A stretch of DNA of 64,000 nucleotides from the human T2T-CHM13v2.0 reference genome, Homo sapiens: assembly GCF_009914755.1 (NCBI RefSeq), contig NC_060926.1, one strand, 5' to 3'. Positions 47,233 to 60,879 of the stretch are shown in pieces; within the stretch, counting starts at the first letter, position 1; each line of letters begins with the position of its first letter. The notes under the pieces are model-generated. The model made no database searches and was not told the origin of the DNA. It saw nothing but the letters and a program-made list of their open reading frames with translations. The position numbers and the translations under genes are program-made.

Positions 47233-50200
47233 TACAGAGTCATTTTGAGAATCAAGTAAGATAATAAATATTAACAACATTGCACATAGTAGGCTGTCAG
47301 TAAATGTTAATTTCTTTCCTGAAAGTGTGTTAAACCCAGGAGCTAATGCCACAGTGGCCTGATGACTTCAGTGAGAGTGATGTCACTTTTGCTAGCAGGC
47401 TGCTTCTGTATCCCTGGGACTCGCTGATCTGCCATGTCTGGGAATTCACCCAATTCATTCCAGGGCTTAAAGGAAATGTCTTCAGCATGGAAATGTGCTT
47501 CGTGTCTCACCATAAAAACCATGCATGCTTTTACATTTCTCTCACCAGTGGGTGTTCATGTATTTCTAGTTCCAAAATGTAAAAAAAAAAAAAAAAAAAG
47601 TGTTAGAGCTGATATATATACTAACTTATCAGTGTTCTATTTTAAGTACACCCTCTGGGAGACCCTGAAGCCAGGGAGGGATCGCCCAGGCTGGGAGGTT
47701 CTGTGCCGAGTTACTATTTCAGCAGCAGCATCAGACCGGTTTCCAGTATTACAGAAGAATCTGGGATACGGAGTAAAAATACCTGGATCGCAGCCTTGGC
47801 TGGTCTCTCAAAAACTGAGAAGATGACCATGTCTGTTTCACATGGCTGTGAAGATTAGATGGGAGAGTACCTCGCTGCGCTGATGCAGGAGGCAGAAAGG
47901 GACCAGGTCTTTGGGCTGGTCTGTACCCTTCCGGTAGATTCTCTCTGTGTCTAGTTTCATCCAAGAGCCTTCTATAAGGGAGCGCCCCCTTGCTGCTTTG
48001 AAGCCCTCCAGGGGTGAGAATTGCAGACCTCGGAACCATCTTTCCCTGGGGGGTCCTCTAGTCTTTCCAGGCATTGCTGGGGCAGCCCTGGAGCCAGTGC
48101 CCCTTTGTACTTAGGAATTTGTGACAGAAGGGAAGGAGGGGCAGGGGCTTTTGCACAGCCTCCTGACCCATGCATGACCTGGCTGCTCCCTACAGCTTAC
48201 CAATCAGGCCTGTTCTTTATTGATGAGGCTGAAGGGAGGAGGGGAAGCAGGGATTTCACACAGAATCACAGACCTTTCTCTCACTTCTCAGCAGTGGCTG
48301 CTGGCAGTGTGGGGTGCACCTGGGATCTGTCCACCTGTTAAGCAGGAGCCAGGGCAGGCTGAAATCAGGGCTTCCTGAACAGATGTGTTCTTTGTCCCTG
48401 GGACAAGAAAGGTCCCTGGGCTACTCACCTACGGGGAGCAGGAACTCAGGACTCCCAGGGAGGGCCTGCATCTTAACCTCTAAGGGGAGCTCACCTCTTC
48501 TTGAAGCCAGTGAGCCCAGGAAGTTTCTGTGCCTTGGTAAGAGGCTTTGCTTGGCTTCCATAACCCCATACCCCCGGGCTTCCTCCTACTTCTTTGCAAT
48601 TCCTTCCCAGTCTCCTTCCTGGTCTTGTCTTAATCTTGATGCTCTCCTATGCTGTGGCCTCTCAGGGTCCTATTCCAGAGTGTCTCTTCCTCTTACCCAC
48701 CCTCTCCTCCTGTGTAATCTGTTACTGATGACTCCCATTTACAGCTGCAGCCCAGCCACCTCTGTGCACCTCCCTACTGGACATTGTGCCTTGGATGCCC
48801 CAAAGCCTAACCTAACACGCTCCGTGTCCTCCATACAACCCCACTCCTCTTCCAGGGATACCTCCTGCAGGGAATGGTACCCCATCCACCCAAGCCAGGC
48901 CTACTTACTAAAGACCAGGGGACTCCTCAGGGACACAGCCAGAAACCAAATCCAGGTCTGTCAGGCTCCAGAGTTCAGGCTTCTCCCACCATTGCCCTGC
49001 CTCCATGGACCATCGGAGAATTGAACTGCATTTCTAACAAACCGAGTAATGCAAATGTCGCTCTGAGCTCCAAACCAAACTCAGCATGCCCTGGGACCCC
49101 TTCCCATTCTGTGGCTGTGCTGGACTTCTGCCTGGACCCCTTTGTCGGCCATCCCTGACCCCTGGGCTCCCAGCCCCTCAGCTCTTCCAGAGTGCTTTCT
49201 GTGCCCCAGCTCCTGGTTCAGAGTGGGCCCATTACAACAGCATGGTAACTTCAGCCAAGCCCTGTTACTGCCTCTCTGGTTGACTCTGCGGTGCATTTTC
49301 CAAATGGTTTTCCTAAGCCTCACCTTGGCTCAGACCAACACTCCTGATTTCCCCCAAAACCTTCCATCTGGGATTTTGGTTTTATTTCCTGTTCTGCTAA
49401 GAAGTCTGGGACAAAGGACCTGTGCTTCCTCAGCTCTCCTCTCAGTCTCCTCTGATCACCTCCATCTTTAGCCACCCCTCTCCTGAATGAATGGGAAGAA
49501 GGTCCCTCCAGCCTAATAGATGAGAATATGAGCCCTCAGTTTCCTCATCTGAACAATGAGGATAATAATGGCCCCTATTTGGGGGAGAATTAAACTGGGC
49601 ACAGGAAGTGTTTGATGATGTTAATTATTAGCAATTTTCATCAACACTTGAATGTCTCTTAATCAGCTCTATCTCCATGTGTCTAAAAATTCCCTTCCCC
49701 CTAAATTTGATTTTCTCTCTCCTGATGCCATTTTTTCAGTCACCCAAGCATAAAACCTCCCCCGTTATTTATTTTCACCTCCTCGTCTGTCATCAAAGCT
49801 TGCTGCTTCTTCCAAGAAACATGAATCACATATGTCTCTTCCAACCCAGGCTCCAGTCAGGTCCATCATCCCAACACTGCCCTTGAGCTTGTACACTACA
49901 GCCAGAGTAATGTTGCAAAGTCCAGTGTTCATGTTCTTCCTCTGCCCAGAGCCTGCTTGTGGCTGCACGTGGCTTACAGCAGAGATCAAGTGCATCCCAG
50001 CTCCCCCGACAGCCTCCCATCCTGGGCCAGACATGTCCAGGGATGGCAGTGTGGCCTGACTCCTCTCTGCAAATGTGCTCCTAAACTTCACACTCCCTAA
50101 ACTCCCTCACTACCACCACCTCCACCCACACAAGTTGACAAACTTTGCCGATGTGATGGAATCAGATTAATCAAAGTCCCCACAGTTTGGTCCTAATCAG

Positions 50201-50599
50201 ACCTGCCTCAGCCCGAACCTCAGCCTGTTCTCTGTCTTCCAACTGTGCCCCCGACTTTGCTACACCATTTCCTACCTTGGAGCATCCTGGCCTGGTCAAG
50301 TCATGCCTATCCACCACTCACAGCCTTCCTATCCTAACATGACCTTTCCTTCCACTGGGCTGCTTTTGCACTTGCTGCTCTCCATCCGCATCGAGGAATA
50401 CTATCTCTTGCTGCCTTGTAGTCTCATAGTATTTTGAAGTCATTTCTGTTAAAACTGAACTTTTCTCCTTTCCTGTTTCCCAGCTGGACTCTAAGCTCCT
50501 TAAGATGCTTACATTTCTTCTTCTGGAGCATCTGATACACATAATAGAGGGCACATAGTCTGCGCATTAGTGCTACCTACAAATTATGCTTCTTGTTCC

Positions 50600-50815
50600 T
50601 CATGAATATTTACTGGGCTCCTACTATGTGCAGGCACTGGGCTAGGTGTCTTATATGCTGTATGTCATTTAATTCTCATAGTAACTCCATGAGGGAGGTA
50701 TTACTATCTCCGTTTTACAAATGGAGAAACGGAGCTCAAGGAGATTAAGTAACTTGCTGAAGATCTTACAACTAATAAGTGACGGAGCTGGAATTTAAAC
50801 GTAGATCTGCCTGCC
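50600..50815. mobile_element. MIR
   Basis: ctccgttttacaaatggagaaacggagctcaaggagattaagtaacttgc. Confidence 0.8.
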
Positions 50816-51365
50816 TGAATGTCTGATTCTTGTCAGGATACTATAGTGAGAGCAAAGTAAGGTCAGGAAGTGGGACCATGCCCTGGATGATGTGGTAAAG
50901 GCTGTAGACCCAGAAGGTAGGAGTGGAAAGTAAAAGGAAGTTTAGGAGTGCAATCAATTAAAAATGTGCTATTTAGGGAAAAACCTGTCAGCTTCAGGAT
51001 GAGCTCAACAGGCTGCAAATTATCAGTCAAGATAAGGCCTGAGGGCTGTTTGTAGCCAGAGGGACAGAGAGTGGGGCCTCGGAGAACAAATCATGCATCT
51101 CTCGGATGCCCTGGAAGAGGCTGTTTTCTTAAGAAGTATTTGACAGAAGGTGCTGGGGTTGGGTGTGGGGTTGGGGGGTGGTGCAAAGAGGATGGAGTGG
51201 GGGTCAGCATGCAAGCTGCCTGGAAGGGGATCATCAGAGAAAGGGCCAAGTGGTCAGGTGTCCTCAGCAACCCCCCACCCATGTGAATTAGCTGAGTTGA
51301 CAATGAAGCCCAGTGTAAGGCCTGATCCCCCTACATCAGGCCAGCGCAGGTGATAAGCTGATGGC

Positions 51366-51764
51366 TGGACTGGCCACATAATTTGCAGGGCCTAGTGCAA
51401 AAGGAAAATATGAGACTCCTTGTTTAAAAATTATTAAGAATTTCCAGATGGTGACAGCAGAACATTAAAACAAGCACGGAATGGCCAGGCTCAGTGACTC
51501 ACGCCTGTAATCCCAGCACTTTGAAAGGCCGAGGCAGACAGATCACCTGAGGTCAGGAGTTCGAGACCAGCCTGGCCAACATGGTGAAATCCCGTCTTTA
51601 CTAAAAATACAAAAAATAAGCCAGGCATGATGGCACACGCCTGTAGTTCCAGCTACTTGGGAGGCTGGGGCACGAGAATCTCTTGAACCTGGGAGGCGGA
51701 GGTTTCAGTAGCTGAGATCATGCCACTGCACTCCAGCCTGGGTGACAGAGCAAGAGTCTGTCTC

Positions 51765-51795
<31 letters not shown>

Positions 51796-51865
51796 TGCAG
51801 AGCCCTTCTAAATGTAGGGCCTTGTGCAGCTGCATGGGCGACATGCCCATGGAGCTGGGTGGGCC
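51366..51865 (-). mobile_element. MER91A-like hAT-Tip100 element split by an AluS (51483-51790, plus)
   Basis: cataatttgcagggcctagtgcaaaaggaaaat...aattattaagaattt and gcccttctaaatgtagggccttgtgcag...gcccatggagctgg. Confidence 0.75.
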
Positions 51866-54110
51866 TGGACAGTGGGCTTGTGATTTGAATGGGAAAGGTG
51901 TTTCCTGCGTGCCAGGCATGGTTCCAGGTACCATACATGCATCACCTCACTTGATGAAATGCTTGGACCCTTTTTGGGGGTTGTTCACATCCCATGGTGA
52001 TGTTCAGAGCTTGCTTTCCAGAGGGCCAATAAGTAGCCAACAGAACGCTGAAGGTGAAGGAGGTTACCATGAGCAATAGAGAAACTACCGAGCTGGTTAT
52101 TTTTTTTTTTTCCTCTGGTACTTCGGGAGGATGTGAATAAAAGATGGAAGATAATTTTAATGTGAAAAGAAAAGGAAGTGGTTCAGCAATCCCAAGAGAG
52201 GCAGATCCATCCGAACAAATGATAGCTTTTCCAGCAGCATTAAGAGCTGCAGACATGTTTGCACTGTGCTTACCAGTTTACAGAGCACATCCACTCGTCA
52301 TTTGATTCTTAGTGCAGTATTGTTCCCTCTATAAAGATTCAGTTGGCCTTAATCTATATACATACCAGTAATAGTAGATCCTGCTTTTCTGATTCCAGTC
52401 ACCTCCTCAAACATACACCCCTTTTCCATGCATATTTTCGTATGAAGATATGCTCTAGGAAGTCTCTCCCCTTCCTCAATGAAAAATTCCATGAATTGGC
52501 TGTAGCCCAAGTGCCTTCTCAATAGCAGAGCGCAAAGTTTGTGCCTTGACCAGGTTCTTGGCCTTGAAGCAAGAGAACCAAATCTTGTGGGCAGGGTTGC
52601 TGGGGAGCAATTGCTACAGGAAATTCAGCAAAACATATTGGAGCGGCAGGGCAGTCCTGTAGAAGATGGTAAGAGAGTGACTCTTCAAAGGTCTTTGTCC
52701 TGATAAAGCTGGAAGTGACCAACGCATTGTTCTCTCCAATGCCGTGATGTCAGCAAATAAATCTTATCTGAAGGGCCACAAGTATCTGAAATGTCTTTCC
52801 AACTTGCTGAGCAGGACCCTGGTCAATATGGAGACCCCCATGAGCCCCACAGTGGTCTGATGAACTTCTGAAGTATAAAGATGGTGTTTATAAAAGGTTT
52901 AGACTGAGTTCTAGTACAGGTTCCTGCGCCTTGCCAAGTGTATGCCTGGAAACTGTGTCATAAAATGGATTACCATTAAATATACTGAGTTTTCTTAGGG
53001 AACAAATGAGCATCAAATAAATCCAGCTTTACCCAGTAGTATGTTATAAATGTCAAAAACAAAATAATAGCGACACTTTGAAATTGTAAAATGATGTTTC
53101 ATATTCTTCCAAATAATATACAATGGTGCAGTGTCTGTTGGTTAAACAAATGATCCTAATGTCTCTGTTAATTTAATAGTGAGAGATGTCAGGATAAAAA
53201 CAAATTTCCACCTATACAATGGGAAATGCTTGGCTGGACAGATTTTTTTAAACATTTATATTTTTAAAAATAAGGGCTTGGGTTGATAAATGGGCACTTT
53301 TGGTCAGCCACCAGGCTCAAGGAGGCTGTTGTGAGATCGGCTGTTCCATGATCAGGTCTGGAATAGTTGGAGATGAGGATGTTCTACAAAGCTGCAATTC
53401 TGCTTCCTGGCAGTGTCCACCTAGAATGAGGTCTCTGCTCATATGCGTTCAAGAATGCTCAAGCACTGTGTGAAGTTGTAAATGTCCATGAACTTGGAAA
53501 TGCATTCATACATGGAGGCATGTTTATACAATGAATCAATTAAAAGGAATGAAATAAATCTACATAAATAAATCTTAAAGATAATATTGAGTACATGAAA
53601 GCAAGTTGCAAAAGAATATAGACAGTATGATAGATATTATTTGTATAATTTTTTTAATTGTATAAATTTTGTATAAATTTTTAAATGTTATGTGTTTACA
53701 TAGTAAAAGCATAAAAACATAGATGAGAGGAATGTATGCCATCTTCAGGGAAGAGAGGGATGGGAATAGGATGGAGGGCTTTAGTTGTATCAGAAATATT
53801 TCATTTCTTTTTTTAAAAAAAAAGCATCTGAGGTAAACATGGCAAAAATGTTAACATCTGTTAAGTTTGAGTAGTGGAAATATGGGTATATGTTTTATTA
53901 TTTTCTGTATTTTACTCTGTTTGAAATATTTCATAACTTTAAAATATTTTAAACACATTAAGAATGGCTAAAATTTTAAATACTGCAGTTTTAACTTCCT
54001 CCAAATTTATTTTGAAGTGTACATTATAAAACTCGTATATTCTGTTAAATTTTGGAGAAGTAGAAAAAATAAATTCCTCAGAATCTCATCACTCAAAAAT
54101 AACCATTGTT

Positions 54111-54408
<298 letters not shown>

Positions 54409-54562
54409 TTAATATTTTGGTCTATTTCCTTGCATTTTTATTTCTTGTGTGGGGAGTATGTGTGTTTAAACATGGTTCCAAGCATTTTGAATCAAGTCTT
54501 TTTCACTCATTACAGTATAAAACTTTTTCCGTGTTTTGACAGCCTTCGTGAACATCATTTTT

Positions 54563-54962
54563 TTAAATATAAAGTTTCACATTTAATTTGGTCATGAATT
54601 CATAAATACATAAGTATTTTGTACACCATGTGCTTCCTTGTATTGTTTGTATTATAACACATTTTAAATAGGGACCTTTGACAGGGCAGAAGCATGAAAG
54701 GACACCAACCACGAGCAACACACTATACTATGGCTGTCCTGTGTCACATGCTATTTGGCCCGGGGATATAGCAAAACCTAACGTAACTAAACAAAAAAAA
54801 CCCCAATTATTTCATGTTGTCAGGAAGCTTACCTTAAAAGAATAGCTCGGCCTGGCGTGGTGGCTCACGCCTGTAATCCCAGCACTTTGGGAGGTCGAGG
54901 TGGATCACCTGAGGTCAGGAGTTCGAGACCAGCCTGACCAACATGGTGAAACCCCGTCTCTA
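54563..54962 (-). pseudogene. 5'-truncated processed retrocopy of an Alu-containing mRNA 3' end, probably TNFRSF10B-like
   Basis: 15-bp TSD gtgaacatcattttt (54548-54562, 54963-54977), minus-strand ATTAAA (54582-54587) about 17 nt before a short A tail, and a unique body plus Alu left arm (54849-54962). Matches my recollection of the TNFRSF10B 3'UTR end. Confidence 0.75.
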
Positions 54963-56810
54963 GTGAACATCATTTTTATTGGCTTCCATTAAAGATCTTC
55001 TGCAGCGTACTTAACCAACACCATTTTTTGTGTAAAAAGTCATGAGCATTCAGCAATCACATGTTCTTAAACATCATCCTTTTGAAAGCCTCGGGAACAC
55101 AATTGGGCTGTGCCTTGCTGCCGATTTCTACAAGGCTGTTTTGTGGGGGATGACACTAAAAAGGTCTGTCACATCTGTGATACCACTTTCCTGTGAAAAC
55201 AGAGCTTGTCAGCATTCATCCTGTGGGTTGGAATGGTACATATTCAAAAAGCCAACTCTATGTATGTCTTGCCTAAGAGGAAACAAGTGCTTGAACATCA
55301 GTGTGTGGTGTGGGCTTGCGAGCCTGCAGCTGGGGGAGAGTTTGCTGATCCAGTGAAACTCTTGTTTCGAGGCCTTGGGGTAACAGCGGTAATAATTATT
55401 CCAGATACTTATGTGCATGCCCCTCCCAGCTCATAGATGCTCTCACATCCATTGCCACCTGACCCTCTGGGGACCCCTGAGAAGTAAGGTGCAGGTCAGG
55501 GGGCACGTGGCTGCTCCTAGATTACAACCAACACGTGGGAAAGTCAAGACCACCTCCTATGCTTCCAACTCCTTCCTGAACTATTTTCAGTTCCTGTCCT
55601 TAGACCCAGGCAAAAGGGGCCTCTTCCCAGGGCTCTGGACTTTAGGGTCCTCTTCGGGCCCTCCAACAACTTGTACCCCTGCCCCATAGGTCTGGGGATT
55701 GTGTCTACCCAGACCCCACTCACCCATTCCTAAACTACACTCTGGGTCCCTAGAATTCCCTGAGAAACAGCCCTGAGCATTCCAGAGCCTACAAAACCCC
55801 GAATCTCTCCTCCTGGGGGACAGACCACCAATGTGTGCATACCAGGCTCAAGGACAGCATTTTTGCAGAAGGTGGACAGAGCTTAGGTCTGCAGGCTGCA
55901 GGATCAATTCAGGATAGGCGCGTGTGGGCTGGGGGCAGGCACAGAGGCTGAGGCCAACTATCCCTGAAGTGTAGCTCAGAATTTTAAGGAACTTGAGGAT
56001 TCTAAGGGCCAGGCCCTTTTGGCCTTTATGAAGATGTATTTGACAGAGTAGGAGGATAGAGTATATTCTGTGTAATGGTTTTTTAGCTTGATCTAACTTT
56101 TGAGTGTTTAGAGAATCAGCACATGATCCTCCTTTTCTCCTCTTGCCCTGGGACCCACAGTATGAGGACTGGTCCTGGCTCTTTTATCTCACTGTGCTGT
56201 TTCCAGGTTCCTCTTTTCCTATCCAAGCCTGCAGAGGTACTGTGGGAGTGCAAAGGAAAGCAATCTAGAGCCACAGAAAAATGAAACAATTTAGTGTGTA
56301 AAGCTCAATATACACCCCCACGTGCACGTGTAAAAGCAAGAGATGCATTTCAGGACAAAATAGAGTACAACCACCTGCTGTGAGGATGAATCAGCCTGGC
56401 ACGATCCAGCAAAATCGGAAATAGAAGCCTGCTAGTAAAGCTACAATCTGCACTGCTCTCCTTCTCCCGGTTCCTCTGCCGCCCCCATCACAGCTCCTGC
56501 AGGTGCCACAGAACTACCACCCTCTGTTGGTTGCTTTAAGCTGTGCAAGCAGTCAAACCACTGAGTTCCCCAGGACGACTGGGAACATTCTCGCTGGCCC
56601 AGCCTGCGTCATGGAACATCAAGGTTGTGAGAGTTTTCATTTTAATTGCTGTTGGGCCACTGAGCTAATTTTTTTTCAGTCCCTTATTCCCCAGCAATAT
56701 TTTTCATTTGTGATCAAGGATTTAACTGAATAGAGAAGCATGAAACCATTAAGACAATTTCATGGAGCTCTTTTTCTCCCCTACAGAAAACAGATAAACA
56801 CCTAAATTCT

Positions 56811-56972
56811 GGCTGGGTGCAGTGGTTCATGCCTGCAGTCCCAGCACTTTGCGAGGCCAAGGTGGGAGGATCACTTGAGCCCAGGAGTTTGAGGCTGCAG
56901 TGTGCTATGATTGCACCACTGTACTCCAGCCTGGGCAACAGAGTGAGACCCAGTCTCAAACAAAAACAAAAA
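56811..56972 (+). mobile_element. Alu monomer (FAM/FRAM-like)
   Basis: Single-arm length; TSD acctaa(a/g)ttct. Confidence 0.82.
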
Positions 56973-57289
56973 CCTAAGTTCTGAGTAACTAAACACACAT
57001 GTTAGGACAACACTTTTACCACATCTGTTCCATAAGCAATGTTTTACTTAACCTTCACAACTACCCAACAAGGAAGCCACCCTATTGTGTAGGTAAAGAC
57101 TTTGCATCCAGAGAAGTTAAGTAACCTGGCAGAGGTTATTCCAACCATGAGGGAGCAGAGCAGGGACTTGAACGTGGAGCCGTGAAGCACTGTAAGGACT
57201 CAAACCATTTCTCACCAGAAAAAGAGTCACTTTGTCTTAGAGCCCTCACAAAGACTCTCATGTTATGGGACTCTCAATTATTTAATTTA

Positions 57290-57582
<293 letters not shown>

Positions 57583-57599
57583 ACTCTCACTTATTTTAA

Positions 57600-58075
57600 T
57601 TCTATTTTAAGTTTTGTTTGGGAACAACACATTAGCCTGAAATAGCCTTTGATCGATGCTAGTTTTGGAACTTCACAGAAGTCCCCTGATGAAATTCACT
57701 TTTAAAAAGTTGAGTGGGGGAATCTCTAATACAGATTTAGTCATTTTTCCTGGGGGTTCACTCTATGATTGCGAGTGAGGCTTTTTAACAATTTCTTTTT
57801 AAAGTGGTATCTTGCGGAGTTGTGAATAGGATCCGTTTTCACTGATAAATCACACATGCATCTAAAAAATGCCTGTCTCAAACAAGATAGATGAAAATGA
57901 AGCCCCTATGCTTAGAAAAACTGAAGACAAAGACCCTGAGGTTGAAGATGCGTGCAAAATGTTTGAACAAAATTGCTTCATGAAATTTGAGAGCATAAAA
58001 CAAAACAATATATCCAAATTAACATTTTCTATATCGTGGTTCAAATATACGTGTGTAACTAAGTAAATGATATAA
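57600..58075 (+). mobile_element. Probable decayed TcMar-Tigger/pogo transposase C-terminal fragment
   Basis: Frameshifted remnants resembling pogo motifs QPLD (agcctttgat), FKKC (ctaaaaaatgc) and SNxxDxxE (tcaaacaagatagatgaaaatgaa). Confidence 0.5.
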
Positions 58076-58513
58076 ACAGACATTTGATTATGCCATCAAT
58101 ATTATGTTATTATATGATACAACACTATATTATGTTATATATTACATGCAGACATTTGATCATGTTATCTATAGAGTCAATTGGCTAAAAATCGTTTGGG
58201 GAGAGAATCTCCTCATTGGGAAGATAGGCCTTAGGTCGGGTGACCCACGATGTGGTTTTTCCAGCGCGCCAAGCTGAAACCCTGGCGGAGGAAGAAGCAG
58301 GTTTGGGGACCCGTGGTCATGATGAAGGTCGCGCTGGCTCTCGCACCTCCACATGGCTCTTTACAGTTTCCCAAACCTCGCTGCCCTTGGTCCTCACAGC
58401 CTCTTGTGAGGCAGGGCCTGTCTTTGAATGGACCATGAGGACCATGTCTCACCACATCATTGACTCGGGGGCAGGCAGGGCTGTGACGAGACTGCCTTTT
58501 CCCGTCTTCCCAG

Positions 58514-58672
58514 GCAGCACTCGTCGGAGGCACCACCATGATCATCGGCCACGTCCTGCCCGACAAGGAGACCTCCCTTGTGGACGCTTATGAGAAGTGC
58601 CGAGGTCTGGCCGACCCCAAGGTCTGCTGTGATTACGCCCTCCACGTGGGGATCACCTGGTGGGCACCCAAG
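58514..58672 (+). CDS. DPYSL5: DPYSL5 coding exon 2 (gene exon 3), aa 88-140
   Basis: AALVGGTTMIIGHVLPDKETSLVDAYEKCRGLADPKVCCDYALHVGITWWAPK continues the frame (CRMP AALxGGTTM motif). Acceptor cttttcccgtcttcccag, donor AAG|gtaaca; 159 nt. Confidence 0.97.
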
Positions 58673-59534
58673 GTAACAGTGCTGGTGGGATCCCAGAAGA
58701 AGGCACAAGTGGTCTTGTAGGCAGAGGGGCTGGTTGGGGTGCAGTGCCTCCTGCTTGTGTGGGGCACCCCTCCCACTACCATCCTAGCTCCCCACAATGC
58801 CAAAAGAAAACACACTTGGGATTCCATAAGGGGAGCGGATGGGCTTGTGCTGCTTAACTTAATGAGCCATTTTCCGGCAGGCACAGAGAGGCCAAGGCCA
58901 GAGCCCAGGCCTTGGGGATGCAGTTTCATTGCTCTGACCATGAGGCTCTTACCGTCTCGTGTGAATGTAGGGCACCACTGACAGGTCATGGGCAGTGCTG
59001 CTGAGAAGAGGCCTGAGCAGGGCTCAGGTGCAGAGGGTCATATCCCATATCCTATGTGTACTGAGAGTCCACCACACTGCGCTGAGGTCTCCGAACTGAG
59101 GCTCCCATCCTGCCTCAGTACTGTCTGGAATGAAAGGAATGTGGTATGCTTTTTTCCTACTGGGGGCCCAGCTTCTGCTCTGAGAAGCATCGAGGCTGTC
59201 CTGGTCTGTGACTGAGGCTGGCGCCCCCTGAGCCTTTCTCAGTTCAGCCTCTGTGCCTCCTTTGTGTCTGTGCCCCTGGCCTCTGGCTTTCCTGTCCTCC
59301 CCCTGCCCAGGCCCCAGGGTCAGAGTCCAGACTCCTCTCCCCGGATTCCCACTTCCTTGCTCTTCCTAATCTACAGGCATTTCGATTTGGCTTTGTTTCT
59401 GGGGTTTTTCTGCTTTTTTGCCCAGGGTAGCAGTCTGGATATTCATTCTTTCATCAATTATTTATTAAGCCCCATGTACCAGTACTTTGGTGGGTGCCCC
59501 AGAATCATAAAAATAATAAGCATTATTAGTTTTA

Positions 59535-59696
59535 CCAACTCAGGAACTGCCTCTTCATTTTCCGTCAAAAACCCACTTGTAACTGCTGCTAATCAGAGTG
59601 TATATTCAGGGCAGCTTGAATCTGTGCTCCCAGGTGGACATCCTCAAGCTTTGAGCTCGAATAAACTCTGTTCTTAATCATAAAAAGAAAAAAGAA
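59535..59696 (+). mobile_element. ERV1 (MER34/MER39-group-like) LTR fragment ending at AATAAA plus A-rich tract
   Basis: aactgctgctaatcagagtgtatattcagggcagcttgaatctgtgctcc...tcctcaagcttt...AATAAActct. Confidence 0.55.
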
Positions 59697-60879
59697 GTTT
59701 TATGAAGTTCTTCAGTTGCAGGCCCTGGTATAAAGGGCCTAACACCCTTCTCAGATGATAACCTAAAGCCTCACTATATTTCTGCCCTCGGGTCTTAGCC
59801 TTGAGCTGGGGGCTCACCCGGTTTCTTCATTATTTCTGACCTGGCACTTATAGAAGACCTCCTCCCGGTTCTGGGCCAGAGGTGCAGATCACGCTGAATG
59901 TCAGCCATTCCTTATCTCAAATGGGGGTCTCCTTTTTGGACACTCTCCTGGGTGAGAGGCCTCTACCTCTGAGCCACTCTCTACTTCCCCTGGAGCTGGC
60001 CTAGAATAGAGGGTCTTCTCAGGTTCCCAGCAGCACAGAAGCCAGGCCAACCCTCCCTAATTTCCTGGAGCTTATGGTGACTTTCATGCATCAGGAATTT
60101 AAAATTCTGTTTTATAATAATCAAATAAATGTTTCTAATTATAGATGTGAAAAATAGAAAAGAAAGGAAGTACATAATCCAGTAACCCCCAGCACCATCC
60201 CTGCTGTTAAACTTCTTTCTTTCCCATCTTTTTTCATCCATGCTTTCACAGAGTAGCTATTTTGCATAGGTGTGAGCATTTTCTATTTTGCCATGAAGTT
60301 CATGAACCAGCAATATAATGGCCACTTAATATTCTACCAAGTGGATGAACCTGAACTTATTTTCCTGTTATCAGGCCAATGTTGCTTCCATGTTTTTCCT
60401 AGTACAAATAATGTTAGGAATATCCTAACTCTCATAACTTTGTTCATGTTTAGCTTTGTTCCTAAATTTGGTTTTCCCAGGACCTCTGGATTTTTAGCAT
60501 TAGTATGCCTTCTTTGTAATGCCAGGCAACAGCCCACAGAAATTAAAATCATTATTCCTATGTTTACCATTAAGGCTGGTTTGGAGACAGACATAGGGGA
60601 CAGGCCTAAGTGATAGGAGAAACGTGCCTATAAGGTAACAATGTGGCTCCTAAACTGTGTCGTGTTGACAATTTTCACAGTACTTCCGCATCCATCTACT
60701 CAGGTGGCCTCACAGCAGCCTGTGGGGTGGGAGGAAAGTGAGATAGAGAGGTGTGGGGGGTCAACCGACAGACTGAGCTGGGGCAGGCCCCACATCTCCC
60801 CCATGCTGGGCCGGTGCCTGCCAGTCGGCCTCTTGGGTGTCTGCCCTCACGCAGCATTGCCCTTCTACTTGTTCTCCAG

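Noticed and set aside
58511-58517. Tandem acceptor CAG-GCAG at exon 3
   Set aside because: The second AG is 4 nt downstream (not NAGNAG) and would frameshift; no evidence of use.
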